DNA from: Eledone cirrhosa | Lineage: Eukaryota | NCBI GenBank assembly: GCA_964016885.1 | Contig: OZ024742.1 | Coordinates: forward strand, 141,918,001-141,982,000 | Length of the DNA stretch: 64,000 nucleotides | Reading direction: 5' to 3' | Shown: positions 43,670-55,655 of the stretch, one piece after another | Layout: every line of letters starts with the position of its first letter | Position numbering within the stretch: position 1 is the first letter of the stretch | Program-made: the position numbers and the translations under genes | The notes under the pieces: generated by a model | The model's database searches: none | What the model was told of the DNA's origin: nothing | The model's input: the letters and a program-made list of their open reading frames with translations, nothing else

Positions 43670-45150
43670 TTCTTTTTCGCCCACTTATTCCCGAGAGGGT
43701 CATGGTGACAGAATATTAAACACTCCTTCCAATGGATTCTGTCAGAAGCAACCGTTTCTAAATGATCCGGCTCGATCCCCAAGCGAGACCATCGAAGATC
43801 CAACCACCTTGCTCGGGGTCTACCCCTGGGTCTCCTGCTATCCATTGATCCCGTACTCCTGCACAGCCTTCCACAGCAGACCCCGAGGAACGCGGTCATA
43901 TGTATTTTCAAGGTCAACAAATCAAGAATATACCTCTTGGCAATACTCCCACAATTTCTCGAAGACTTGTCGCAGTGTGAATACTTGGTTTGCTGCGTCT
44001 GGAGTGCAAACTGAACTGTTCATCAACTAGCTTGGACTCGAGAATCTCCCTGTATCCCTTTGCCAGATACTTAGCATTGACTTACCGGGGAGGCTTAATA
44101 AGGAGGTCTCTCTATAATTGGAAAAATCTCTCTTGTCTGCCTTTTTCAAAATATGGATTATCACTCCCGATTGCCATTGCTTAGATGCATTTCCAAAGAT
44201 CCAGGTCACTCGGGACACACATGTCAGCCAAATAATAGCTTCTCTATTTAAGTTTTTTAACATCACGTCTCGGATTTCATATGGATTTCATGTGGAGAAG
44301 GGCTTCTTATTACGAAGTCGGCAGAGGGTCGGCCACAATACTTTATTTGCTGATCTGAAGTTGGATTCCAGCTTGATCCCAAAGTCCTCCCATGTCTTAA
44401 CTTTGGACGCCTTTACTATCTCTGCTGCGATTCTTCGTGCCTGCTTGTACTGCAAGTGCAAGAAGGAAGACTTATTTCCAAACCAAGCTATTTAAGCCTC
44501 CTTCTTTGCTCGGATGGCATCTTTGATCTCTTGATTGAACCAAGGGCTCATCCAGCTCCACACCGAGCCTCTTTCGCCCGCACCATTTAACAGCTGAAGC
44601 AGAAACTACTGCGCTGAACAGTCTCCACTGCGTCTCAACATCCTCAGTTTGTTCAGGGAGTTCTCAGAATTTGGATGCAATAGTATCTGCATACCTGGTC
44701 CTGATTTCCTTATCCACTAATGCTTCCCATTTCATCCCGTAGGTTGCCCTGGACCTGCCAGTTTTGTGGACTTCTTTTGATTTGGTAGTCTCAAGTTGTA
44801 GATAACTAGATGGGCGTCAGTTGACAGCTCAACCACCTCTTAACACGAACATCCAGCACAGAATCAAAGAGATCAGAGACAATTAGAAAATCAATTATTG
44901 ATCTCGCTCTCTCTGATTCCCCTTATACCATGTATCACCTTACACCTTGTACCACCCACAGAGACCTATCTTTCAGCTTACGTTTCAAGAGGCAAATCCT
45001 CCTTCGTAATGAGATCCTGTCAATAACAAATTCTAACAGCCGAGGGCTTGTGATTATCCCCACTCCCGCCCGTGCAGTCATTTTTGGCGCCACACTTGAA
45101 TAGTGGAGTTTCCATCCTCCATTCAAATCTACAGTATCAAAGCCACGGGA
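43670..45150 (-). mobile_element. Internally deleted, degenerate RTE LINE (endonuclease and RT remnants)
   Basis: GWKLHYSSV..RAGVGII (APE endonuclease), WQSGVIIHILKK.DKRDFSNYR..SLLSLPGK (RT), [13 protein letters not shown] 3' end similar to 3350-3510. Confidence 0.85.
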
Positions 45151-45633
45151 CTATATTTAACCAGTAACATGGTGATATCACAGATCACTTACCCCAAACA
45201 ATTGATAGACTTGTAGGAATGCCGTAGTAGTATTTGGCATTTTAAGCCAATCATGGCCATCCCTTTAGTTTTGACCACAGCCGATTAAATCTAGTGAGCG
45301 GAGCAGGGAGGGAAAATCGACGTCACTACTGAACACATAAATATATTTATTGGCTACGAAAGAATGAAATACAAAGAAGGATGTGGCATGATTTGAAATG
45401 AAAACGAAGTGTTTATTGTACAGCAAAGTGTTCTATTTGACGTCCTAACGACTATTATTCATCACCGCGTACTAATATTTCTTTCCTTCAGAATAGAGGC
45501 TGCGCTTCATAAAATAGTATATTTACATATATATATTCACTTTACTTATGTGAGTATTTGTGTGTTTATGTGAACATGTTAACAATCTCTATTCAGTGTG
45601 TAAGAGCCTCAAGCATTCGTTATTTTGTTGTCT

Positions 45634-45677
<44 letters not shown>

Positions 45678-45678
45678 G

Positions 45679-45730
<52 letters not shown>

Positions 45731-45754
45731 TACATATATATATATATATATATG

Positions 45755-45785
<31 letters not shown>

Positions 45786-45944
45786 GCATACATATATATA
45801 TATATATGCATACATATACATATATATATATATATGCATACATATACATACATATGTATATATGCTCGAAAATATACATGTGTATTTATAGATATATACA
45901 TAGATGTGCATGTGTGTGTGTCTATGCATAAATATGATTCTGTG

Positions 45945-45983
<39 letters not shown>

Positions 45984-46565
45984 GTGTGTGTGTGTGTGAC
46001 ATCTACCAATCTTATTAGCAACCTGCTAACTCCGCTAAGCCATTGGAAAGACGTCAATCTATATCGGATTACAATAGTTAGAAATATTCTTTTTTTTCTA
46101 TTCCCAATGTTGCCTATGTAGCAGCTATATAACTCCACCAGGCCATACAAGAAGAGAAATATGTGCTGTAAAAAAATATTGTACACATATCCCATCGGGA
46201 AGGTTTAGATAACATACAAATAGAATACAAATTTACATATATATATTATTGCTGCAATGGTTATATTAAATTATTTTTCGTGGTTTACAAAAAAGCAACA
46301 AAAATACAAGCAAAGAACATAGAAAATGTGTGCTTGCCTAAAGGCATAACTTGTCTCTACCTATTTTCTTATGTCCCAATGTGCACAGGAATGAATGGTA
46401 GCAACACTAATCTATCGAAACCATAGTGATATCCAGAGGTTGACCGAGGAGATGGGATTGTCCGTCGTTCCATTGTTTTCCATTGTCTTTGTCCTGGACG
46501 CCCTCTATTTGGAATTTATAACCTGAAGATATAGTCATGTGGGCTGCTTTATTTGAAACTATATG

Positions 46566-46596
<31 letters not shown>

Positions 46597-46597
<1 letters not shown>

Positions 46598-46881
46598 AAC
46601 AAGCAAATTATAAACATGTAAGTATGTTTTTTGAAACGGTGGGCGAGTTTGTAATTAGAAATTAGAAATTATAAGCTTTCACCGTATTTTAGACTAAAGA
46701 AATTTCTAGCCTGATAGTGGGGTTTATAACCCTCGGAGAAATGGAAAAAGATGAGTGTTGACGTACATGTACGTCAACACTCATCTTTTTCCATTTCTCC
46801 GAGGGTTATAAACCCCACTATCAGGCTAGAAATTTCTTTAGTCTAAAATACGGTGAAAGCTTATAATTTCTAATTTCTAAT
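46597..46881. mobile_element. Family E fold-back: perfect 228 bp palindrome 46654-46881, tail 46597-46653
   Basis: Loopless centre gttgacgtaca|tgtacgtcaac at 46767/46768; TA flanks. Confidence 0.92.
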
Positions 46882-46894
46882 ATATATATATATA

Positions 46895-47036
<142 letters not shown>

Positions 47037-47312
47037 CACGTATATATAAGACATACACACATACATATACGTATATAATTATATTCATACACAGAACAAA
47101 ATATGGTACCTTTATGTAAAGAAAAAGAAAAAGAAACTTCAGATTGTAGACAGGAAGTTTAGCGGTGTCTGATTTTCTGAAGAATACTCGAAACAATTCT
47201 TGGAAAAAAGACAGACTACATAATTGGAATCTTGAGTATTATTGCCATGTAGTATGTGTCATGTATACACAAACACATACACACACACACACATATATAT
47301 ATATATATTCAT

Positions 47313-47378
<66 letters not shown>

Positions 47379-47382
<4 letters not shown>

Positions 47383-47483
47383 GTTTCTACTTTAGGCACA
47401 AGGCCAGAAATTACCAGTGCATTACTGGTACTTTATTTTATCGACCCTGTAAGGATGAAAGGCAAAGTCAACCTCGGCGGGAT
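47379..47483 (-). mobile_element. SINE partial copy between TA tracts
   Basis: Reverse complement of the SINE core. Confidence 0.85.
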
Positions 47484-47502
47484 TATATATATATATATAT
47501 AT

Positions 47503-47876
47503 AATAAAAGTATGTCTTCCTACATGTAAATAATACACATAGAAATACAAGTATAGCCCGACCGTATGCAATTGTAGTTCAATGGTAAGTTAATAAATTA
47601 ACAAGCCAGAACATAAAATCAAGGGAAAGCAAATAAAGAAAATATTTTAAAATAAATTTCAAAAAATTCACTGTACTTACTATATGTGTCTTTACCGCGG
47701 AATCTTATATTCTCCGAGAGAGAAAAGCTTTCTGACGAGGATCTCTTTCTCAATGGAAATCCGCTTGGATTAGATAATTGATTTGGGATCTGAAACCGCG
47801 GTAAATGCACATATAGTAAGTACAGTGAATGTTTTGAAATTTATTTTTAAATGTTTTCTTTATTTGCTTTCCCTTG

Positions 47877-47883
<7 letters not shown>
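47503..47883. mobile_element. Fold-back element with arms about 47613-47700 and 47796-47883, left extension 47503-47612
   Basis: About 88 bp inverted arms; hammerhead spans the spacer and right arm. Confidence 0.85.
47726..47808 (+). ncRNA. Minimal type I hammerhead with a long stem II
   Basis: gcttt CTGACGA ggatctc...gggatct GAAA c-cgcg-g TA / aatgc. Confidence 0.75.
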
Positions 47884-47972
<89 letters not shown>

Positions 47973-47974
47973 TA

Positions 47975-49127
47975 ACTAAACTATCAATTTAATAATTCCA
48001 TTCAATAAAACCACCATAAGCATCAATAACTACCTCTACGCGGGCTGGAAATCGTTTACAAGATCGGATTAAGTGGTCCTTGTTCATATCGGACATGACT
48101 CGAACTATGGCAGCTTTCAAAGGATCTCTGGTGCTATGGGGGTGTTCCTTGACATTTTTCTCAACGATGCTCCATACATAGTAGTCCAGTGGATTTAAAT
48201 CTGGACAATTAGGGCTGCCAAATATTGGGGTGATGTGATCATGCAACTTGTCGGCCATCCATTCTTGTGTCATTTGAGCCTTGTGTGATGCTGCAGAATC
48301 TTGTTTAAAGACATAAGGCCTTCTATTGCATACACTGTTGATCCAAGGCTTAACAACTTTATCCAGAACCTCAATATATGCAGTAGCATTCATCCTAAGG
48401 CCTTGTGGAAAAAAGTGAGGAAGCATCACATGTTTTTCATTGCTAACAACACCCAAAACCATGACACTTGCAGGACATTTTGTGTGCATTACACTTGGAA
48501 CCTCAGGAGGGTCTGCACATAGCCATCTGTCATTTCTTCTGTTAGATTTCTGGTCCTGGTCAATGTTTTTCTCATCTGAGTAAAACCAAATCACACCATC
48601 TTCTGATGGATTTTTAAGTTTGTTCAAAGGTCTTTTGAATCTGATTAAACGGTTTTCTTTTGTTTTTTCTGACATGAATCGACCTCTCCTCATCACGTAA
48701 GATTTGTATCTGATGTCTTCATGCACAACATTTCCGAATGTTTTTTCTGACACATCAACATATTTTGCAATTGACCTCATTGATTTTCCTGGATTGTCGT
48801 CAATGTTTTGCTTAACTTCCTGAATAAATTCAGGTGCCCTGGTAGAATCAGAGTGTTTGGAATGTTTTTTTACGTTTTGATACAGGTAATACGCTTCCAT
48901 CTTCCTTCTCTAACTCACACCGAATCTAGTAGACAAAAGATCTTGCAACTTTCACAACGAGAAATGTCAAAATCACCATGCTTAGCTTTCAAAGCCACAA
49001 TCACAGCATGCCTTATCATTTCATTAGTAAGCATAGTTATTTTTATTGTTATTTTCTGAAATAGAAGTTCAATAAAAATTAGTCAAATAAAATAATGATT
49101 AAAACTGCTTGTGACCTCCGCACCCTA
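47975..49127 (-). mobile_element. Tc1/mariner (maT, DD37D) transposon; one end visible
   Basis: Transposase ORF; right end ..gtgacctccgcaccc|ta; no matching left TIR seen. Confidence 0.85.
47989..48900 (-). CDS. DD37D transposase, N-terminus probably frameshifted
   Basis: WFYSDEK, FKQDSAASH, SPNCPDLNPLDY; 37 residues counted between the second and third catalytic D. Confidence 0.9.
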   Translation of the reverse strand: MEAYYLYQNVKKHSKHSDSTRAPEFIQEVKQNIDDNPGKSMRSIAKYVDVSEKTFGNVVHEDIRYKSYVMRRGRFMSEKTKENRLIRFKRPLNKLKNPSEDGVIWFYSDEKNIDQDQKSNRRNDRWLCADPPEVPSVMHTKCPASVMVLGVVSNEKHVMLPHFFPQGLRMNATAYIEVLDKVVKPWINSVCNRRPYVFKQDSAASHKAQMTQEWMADKLHDHITPIFGSPNCPDLNPLDYYVWSIVEKNVKEHPHSTRDPLKAAIVRVMSDMNKDHLIRSCKRFPARVEVVIDAYGGFIEWNY

Positions 49128-49293
49128 TATATATATACCGTTCGCACCCTATTTATATATATATATATGCAAAAGTTTTATTTTAAATTGTTGGGATACA
49201 ACGAGTAAATATTTTATAACTGATATAAAAGCACTCAACTGGTTTTGGAGTATTTTACGATATTAAACAAATGGAAACTACATTTATAAAACC

Positions 49294-49370
49294 ATATTTA
49301 TTTCATTATATATATTTCAGGGATATCATATTAAAAATATGGTATGCCCTCTTCAGACAAAATACAATAT
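49294..49370 (-). ncRNA. Minimal hammerhead, left arm
   Basis: Mirror of 55183-55259. Confidence 0.8.
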
Positions 49371-50696
49371 ATAGACAGTTTTATAAATAACTTTGACATA
49401 CCTTAGAATTTACAACTTCCATTTAAAAAGTTGTTACGGTAATGAAAATGTTAAGGACGGTTAGAAAGAAAGACGGAGAAAAAAGGAAAAAAGAAAAAAG
49501 AAAAAGAAGGAGAAAAGAAAAAGAAAGAGCGGAAGGTGAAGAAGATGAAGAAATGTATGTAAAGAGAAAACCACCAAATGAGAGATCTATGAGGGAAGGG
49601 GGTACTGTAATTATTCATTTATTTATTTATTTATTTAGTGTTAAGGATACGGGGAGAAATAAAAACAAAAATAAATAAGGAGAGGTAGATCGAGTAATAT
49701 CTATTATACGAGGTGGGAGAGATAGGGGAGGGGTGATATACAGGAGATAGAGTTAAAACAGCCGATATAAGAGTAGAGGGAGGAGGAGAGGAGATATACT
49801 TAGAAACAAAAATGATAGTTTTAAAATATTATGTTTCATCAGTCTATCAATTCCTATGAATTATAATGTAAACATCAATATTCATGAATGAGACACATAT
49901 CAATAATGTGTGAAAAAATAATGACTATATGTTTAGTTTAAAAATTCATAGGTTTATAATCAAAATCTGAGATAAAACCTCAAAAAATACTGGAATACAT
50001 AAGTATATATATGTATTTTCATGAAAAAAGAGAAAAGAGAAAGAAAAAGAGAAGGTTATCTCAAATTGACATTATAGACACATGTGAGTTTACATGATCA
50101 GCTCTGTAAATTTTTATTTCACATGGAAATCTTCATTGCGTCAAAAAGATTTTACCATACACATAAGTGTACATACATATATATATACATAAAATATACA
50201 TTATTAATAATAATAATATTCTTGCCCCTTCTTACATGATTATCGTACAAGCATAGAATAGAACAGATATCAATATATTAAAATATTAAAAACGCCGAGA
50301 ATATTTTCCTCCCCAGAATATCTAGGGCCGTAATAAAAACACAGTGTGCCCAGCATATCAATCAATCCCTCCAATTTATTTGACAATACTGCCAAGTTTA
50401 TTAGAAGCAATCAGAGTCAAAAGCAAACAAAACCAAAATTATTCACCAAACTTATTTAGCAGAAATCATTCAAAAAAAACTTTAGGATACTCGGTTGTTC
50501 TACAGATGCTCTTATATTTATTATAGAAGTTTATCTAGCTTAAAAATTTTATTCAATAGATTTGGATCATCACCATTTTAAGGTAGTTTAATTACATTAT
50601 TAATTATATATTCATGAAGAAGGTTTAAAGAATTGAAGGAATCGAAAGATTTATCGCCAAGTTTTCTAAAATAATTAAAAGTCTTAAGTAAATATA

Positions 50697-51347
50697 CTAC
50701 ATTTTAAACTTATATTTATATCTATGTCTGCAGCAACTGAATAAATTGGTCCGTAAATTAAGGGAATTTTTAGATTTTAGTATAAAGAATATCTCCTCCG
50801 CGCAGAGGTCACATGTCTCAGAGGAGGAGTTAAAAGGAATCCCTCTTGAGACTATATTCCAAACCGTCGAATATCCAACGTTATCATGTTTAAGTTGCCA
50901 GAGTAAGCCTGATAGTGATGTTGAAGATTTTTTGTTTGGATCTGTGAAAGAATTCTTGTGATTATTATAGCGAAGTTTAAATTCTGTCGAGGTGGAACCA
51001 ACATAATTAAAAGAATTTAAGTCAGTTTTAACATTACAGTTGTATATTATATTTTTAACTAAGCAATTGTTATTTAACGGGCATTTAGATCTATCTCTAC
51101 AGTTACAGTTGTTTACTTGAATATTGTTTATGCTATTATCGGTATTTTGGCTAGGTTTTAGATTCCTATTATTTATTCTATTAATATTTTGTGCTAAATT
51201 TTTGGTGGACGAGTAGGTTAATTTTATAGTATGTCTATTGAAAATTGAGTGATACTTATGTGTTCTAGGGAATCGTTTGTCAAGAGCATTAAAAAATAGT
51301 TTAGCGATGTGGGTTTTAATGTTTAGTGAGAAAGGGGGGCAAACCAA
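50697..51347 (-). CDS. PLE linker plus GIY-YIG endonuclease, left arm
   Basis: CNCRDRSKCPLNNNC..NIIY..YVGST..FKLRYNNH..CDLCAEE. Confidence 0.92.
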   Translation of the reverse strand: MVCPPFSLNIKTHIAKLFFNALDKRFPRTHKYHSIFNRHTIKLTYSSTKNLAQNINRINNRNLKPSQNTDNSINNIQVNNCNCRDRSKCPLNNNCLVKNIIYNCNVKTDLNSFNYVGSTSTEFKLRYNNHKNSFTDPNKKSSTSLSGLLWQLKHDNVGYSTVWNIVSRGIPFNSSSETCDLCAEEIFFILKSKNSLNLRTNLFSCCRHRYKYKFKM

Positions 51348-52274
51348 ATTATGTTTCTAGTTCTATTTCTTTTCTGGTTTTTGGAATTATTGTAATTCTT
51401 TCTATTATAGTTGTTAAAGTTGTTACCGTAATTAAAATTGTTGTTATTTTGGTTAGTTTGTCTATTATTATTATCGATGTACATAATTTTATCACTATAT
51501 CCTGCTCTAGCTAACGCTTCATTGTAATAGTGGGCTTTTTGGTCGAAAATATTTTTATTAGATGAGATTCTAGAGATACGTTTTTGAACAGAGTTCACTA
51601 TAGTATTTTTAACAGATCTGGGGTGGTTGGAGTTAAAGTTGACATAATTCAAGTTTTCATTTAACTTGTGAAATGGATAGTGAAGACATGTGTTGAGATT
51701 TAATGTTACATCTAGGAAATTGACTATTCTATGGTTATTCTCAATTTCTATTTTTAGATTAAGGTAATTAAAAAATTGTATAATTTGTTTTCTTTTTCTA
51801 TTTAGTTCAGAGTTATTATTTTCAATAAGTAAAAGCATGTCATCTCGATATAATCCTCCGGTAGCACCGGGTATTTTCCTATGCAGCGAATTAATTATAA
51901 ATAGGCCCACAAGGTCTGTTACCTGAGCTGAGTCAGATGATCCCATAGTAATGTCAAAATTGCTATCCCTATCTGCCCTAGTCCATAGTTGGTTATTAAA
52001 TTCTATCAATGTTTTTCTTGCCGATAGTATAATGTGCATTTCATTGCTAGTTAGGTCTGTATGTTTGAATGCATAATTTAGTGCCTTATTTAGTAGGTTA
52101 GGGGTAATAGATGAATAGTAGTTAGAAATATCTAGTTGAATAAATTTATTATTATTGTTATATTTAATTTCTTTAAACCACTCAATAACCTCTCCAGTTC
52201 CCTTCCACAAGCTTAAGTTAGGTGAACAATTCAAGTTCTTAATTTGCTGTATAACCCTGTCTAGAATGTTTTTG
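51323..52274 (-). CDS. PLE reverse transcriptase, 5'-truncated, left arm
   Basis: FIQLDISNYYSSI, FDITMGSSDSAQVTDLVG, GLYRDD, VNFLDVTL, SNHP. Confidence 0.92.
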
Positions 52275-53230
52275 TTAGCAAAAACATTCTAGACAGGGTG
52301 ATACAGCAAATTAAGAACTTGAATTGTTCACCTAACTTAAGCTTGTGGAAGGGAACTGGAGAGGTTATTGAGTGGTTTAAAGAAATTAAATATAACAATA
52401 ATAATAAATTTATTCAACTAGATATTTCTAACTACTATTCATCTATTACCCCTAACCTACTAAATAAGGCACTAAATTATGCATTCAAACATACAGACCT
52501 AACTAGCAATGAAATGCACATTATACTATCGGCAAGAAAAACATTGATAGAATTTAATAACCAACTATGGACTAGGGCAGATAGGGATAGCAATTTTGAC
52601 ATTACTATGGGATCATCTGACTCAGCTCAGGTAACAGACCTTGTGGGCCTATTTATAATTAATTCGCTGCATAGGAAAATACCCGGTGCTACCGGAGGAT
52701 TATATCGAGATGACATGCTTTTACTTATTGAAAATAATAACTCTGAACTAAATAGAAAAAGAAAACAAATTATACAATTTTTTAATTACCTTAATCTAAA
52801 AATAGAAATTGAGAATAACCATAGAATAGTCAATTTCCTAGATGTAACATTAAATCTCAACACATGTCTTCACTATCCATTTCACAAGTTAAATGAAAAC
52901 TTGAATTATGTCAACTTTAACTCCAACCACCCCAGATCTGTTAAAAATACTATAGTGAACTCTGTTCAAAAACGTATCTCTAGAATCTCATCTAATAAAA
53001 ATATTTTCGACCAAAAAGCCCACTATTACAATGAAGCGTTAGCTAGAGCAGGATATAGTGATAAAATTATGTACATCGATAATAATAATAGACAAACTAA
53101 CCAAAATAACAACAATTTTAATTACGGTAACAACTTTAACAACTATAATAGAAAGAATTACAATAATTCCAAAAACCAGAAAAGAAATAGAACTAGAAAC
53201 ATAATTTGGTTTGCCCCCCTTTCTCACTAA
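52274..53230 (+). CDS. PLE reverse transcriptase, 5'-truncated, right arm (motifs resemble Nematis-type PLEs; clade uncertain)
   Basis: Same motifs as the left arm; frame is open from the palindrome centre (VSKNILDRVIQQIK). Confidence 0.92.
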   Translation, partial: VSKNILDRVIQQIKNLNCSPNLSLWKGTGEVIEWFKEIKYNNNNKFIQLDISNYYSSITPNLLNKALNYAFKHTDLTSNEMHIILSARKTLIEFNNQLWTRADRDSNFDITMGSSDSAQVTDLVGLFIINSLHRKIPGATGGLYRDDMLLLIENNNSELNRKRKQIIQFFNYLNLKIEIENNHRIVNFLDVTLNLNTCLHYPFHKLNENLNYVNFNSNHPRSVKNTIVNSVQKRISRISSNKNIFDQKAHYYNEALARAGYSDKIMYIDNNNRQTNQNNNNFNYGNNFNNYNRKNYNNSKNQKRNRTRNIIWFAPLSH

Positions 53231-53856
53231 ACATTAAAACCCACATCGCTAAACTATTTTTTAATGCTCTTGACAAACGATTCCCTAGAACACATAAGTA
53301 TCACTCAATTTTCAATAGACATACTATAAAATTAACCTACTCGTCCACCAAAAATTTAGCACAAAATATTAATAGAATAAATAATAGGAATCTAAAACCT
53401 AGCCAAAATACCGATAATAGCATAAACAATATTCACGTAAACAACTGTAACTGTAGAGATAGATCTAAATGCCCGTTAAATAACAATTGCTTAGTTAAAA
53501 ATATAATATACAACTGTAATGTTAAAACTGACTTAAATTCTTTTAATTATGTTGGTTCCACCTCGACAGAATTTAAACTTCGCTATAATAATCACAAGAA
53601 TTCTTTCACAGATCCAAACAAAAAATCTTCAACATCACTATCAGGCTTACTCTGGCAACTTAAACATGATAACGTTGGATATTCGACGGTTTGGAATATA
53701 GTCTCAAGAGGGATTCCTTTTAACTCCTCCTCTGAGACATGTGACCTCTGCGCGGAGGAGATATTCTTTATACTAAAATCTAAAAATTCCCTTAATTTAC
53801 GGACCAATTTATTCAGTTGCTGCAGACATAGATATAAATATAAGTTTAAAATGTAG
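53206..53856 (+). CDS. PLE linker plus GIY-YIG endonuclease, right arm
   Basis: Continues the RT frame after a 1 nt deletion in a C6 run (IIWFAP/PFSLN). Confidence 0.92.
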   Translation: MVCPPFSLNIKTHIAKLFFNALDKRFPRTHKYHSIFNRHTIKLTYSSTKNLAQNINRINNRNLKPSQNTDNSINNIHVNNCNCRDRSKCPLNNNCLVKNIIYNCNVKTDLNSFNYVGSTSTEFKLRYNNHKNSFTDPNKKSSTSLSGLLWQLKHDNVGYSTVWNIVSRGIPFNSSSETCDLCAEEIFFILKSKNSLNLRTNLFSCCRHRYKYKFKM

Positions 53857-55182
53857 TATATTTACTTAAGACTTTTAATTATTTTAGAAAACTTGGCGAT
53901 AAATCTTTCGATTCCTTCAATTCTTTAAACCTTCTTCATGAATATATAATTAATAATGTAATTAAACTACCTTAAAATGGTGATGATCCAAATCTATTGA
54001 ATAAAATTTTTAAGCTAGATAAACTTCTATAATAAATATAAGAGCATCTGTAGAACAACCGAGTATCCTAAAGTTTTTTTTGAATGATTTCTGCTAAATA
54101 AGTTTGGTGAATAATTTTGGTTTTGTTTGCTTTTGACTCTGATTGCTTCTAATAAACTTGGCAGTATTGTCAAATAAATTGGAGGGATTGATTGATATGC
54201 TGGGCACACTGTGTTTTTATTACGGCCCTAGATATTCTGGGGAGGAAAATATTCTCGGCGTTTTTAATATTTTAATATATTGATATCTGTTCTATTCTAT
54301 GCTTGTACGATAATCATGTAAGAAGGGGCAAGAATATTATTATTATTAATAATGTATATTTTATGTATATATATATGTATGTACACTTATGTGTATGGTA
54401 AAATCTTTTTGACGCAATGAAGATTTCCATGTGAAATAAAAATTTACAGAGCTGATCATGTAAACTCACATGTGTCTATAATGTCAATTTGAGATAACCT
54501 TCTCTTTTTCTTTCTCTTTTCTCTTTTTTCATGAAAATACATATATATACTTATGTATTCCAGTATTTTTTGAGGTTTTATCTCAGATTTTGATTATAAA
54601 CCTATGAATTTTTAAACTAAACATATAGTCATTATTTTTTCACACATTATTGATATGTGTCTCATTCATGAATATTGATGTTTACATTATAATTCATAGG
54701 AATTGATAGACTGATGAAACATAATATTTTAAAACTATCATTTTTGTTTCTAAGTATATCTCCTCTCCTCCTCCCTCTACTCTTATATCGGCTGTTTTAA
54801 CTCTATCTCCTGTATATCACCCCTCCCCTATCTCTCCCACCTCGTATAATAGATATTACTCGATCTACCTCTCCTTATTTATTTTTGTTTTTATTTCTCC
54901 CCGTATCCTTAACACTAAATAAATAAATAAATAAATGAATAATTACAGTACCCCCTTCCCTCATAGATCTCTCATTTGGTGGTTTTCTCTTTACATACAT
55001 TTCTTCATCTTCTTCACCTTCCGCTCTTTCTTTTTCTTTTCTCCTTCTTTTTCTTTTTTCTTTTTTCCTTTTTTCTCCGTCTTTCTTTCTAACCGTCCTT
55101 AACATTTTCATTACCGTAACAACTTTTTAAATGGAAGTTGTAAATTCTAAGGTATGTCAAAGTTATTTATAAAACTGTCTAT

Positions 55183-55259
55183 ATATTGTATTTTGTCTGA
55201 AGAGGGCATACCATATTTTTAATATGATATCCCTGAAATATATATAATGAAATAAATAT
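55183..55259 (+). ncRNA. Minimal type I hammerhead, right arm
   Basis: atattgtattttgt CTGAAGA gggcataccatatt-ttt-aatatgatatccct GAAA t-atat-a TA / atgaaataaatat. Confidence 0.8.
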
Positions 55260-55655
55260 GGTTTTATAAATGTAGTTTCCATTTGTTTAATATCGTATAT
55301 ATATATATATATATATATTTATAAATAACATTATTATTTCTGCACCATTTCTTTAACATGTGCAACACCACCATTCTACACCAATACATATCACTATCAT
55401 TTGATAATGCATACAAATGGTGAAACCGGTAATAGACAATTATTAAATATATAAATAGATAAATAAATGCCATTGTTAATTAATAAATAAATCAACTAAT
55501 ACCTTAACACTTCACACATAGTAAAATATTTCGTTTTAATCATTTTCTAACCCAGAAAAAAGAGAGAAATAAATAAAAAGGGAAAAAAAAATTTTTTCTT
55601 CCTAATAATCGTCTCTTTCTCCCTGTTTTCATATATATATATATATATAAATATA

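Larger units (their letters stand above)
49169..55297. mobile_element. Giant fold-back Penelope-like element (family A): tail 49169-49255, arms 49256-52276 and 52277-55297
   Basis: Mirror ORF coordinates all sum to 104553; centre tgtttttg-ttag-caaaaaca; TA flanks on both sides. Confidence 0.95.

Noticed and set aside
46720-46745. ctgatag..gaaa as a hammerhead
   Set aside because: Core is CTGATAG and stems I and III do not form convincingly
46654-46881. Short palindromes as DNA-transposon MITEs
   Set aside because: One-sided tails, variable centres, hammerheads in several families and identity of family A and B ends to PLE 3' ends argue against TIR elements; only 59526-59906 fits a MITE
49442-49678. 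Lys/Arg-rich 78 aa ORF and its mirror at 54875-55111
   Set aside because: Antisense reading of the pyrimidine-rich PLE 3' UTR
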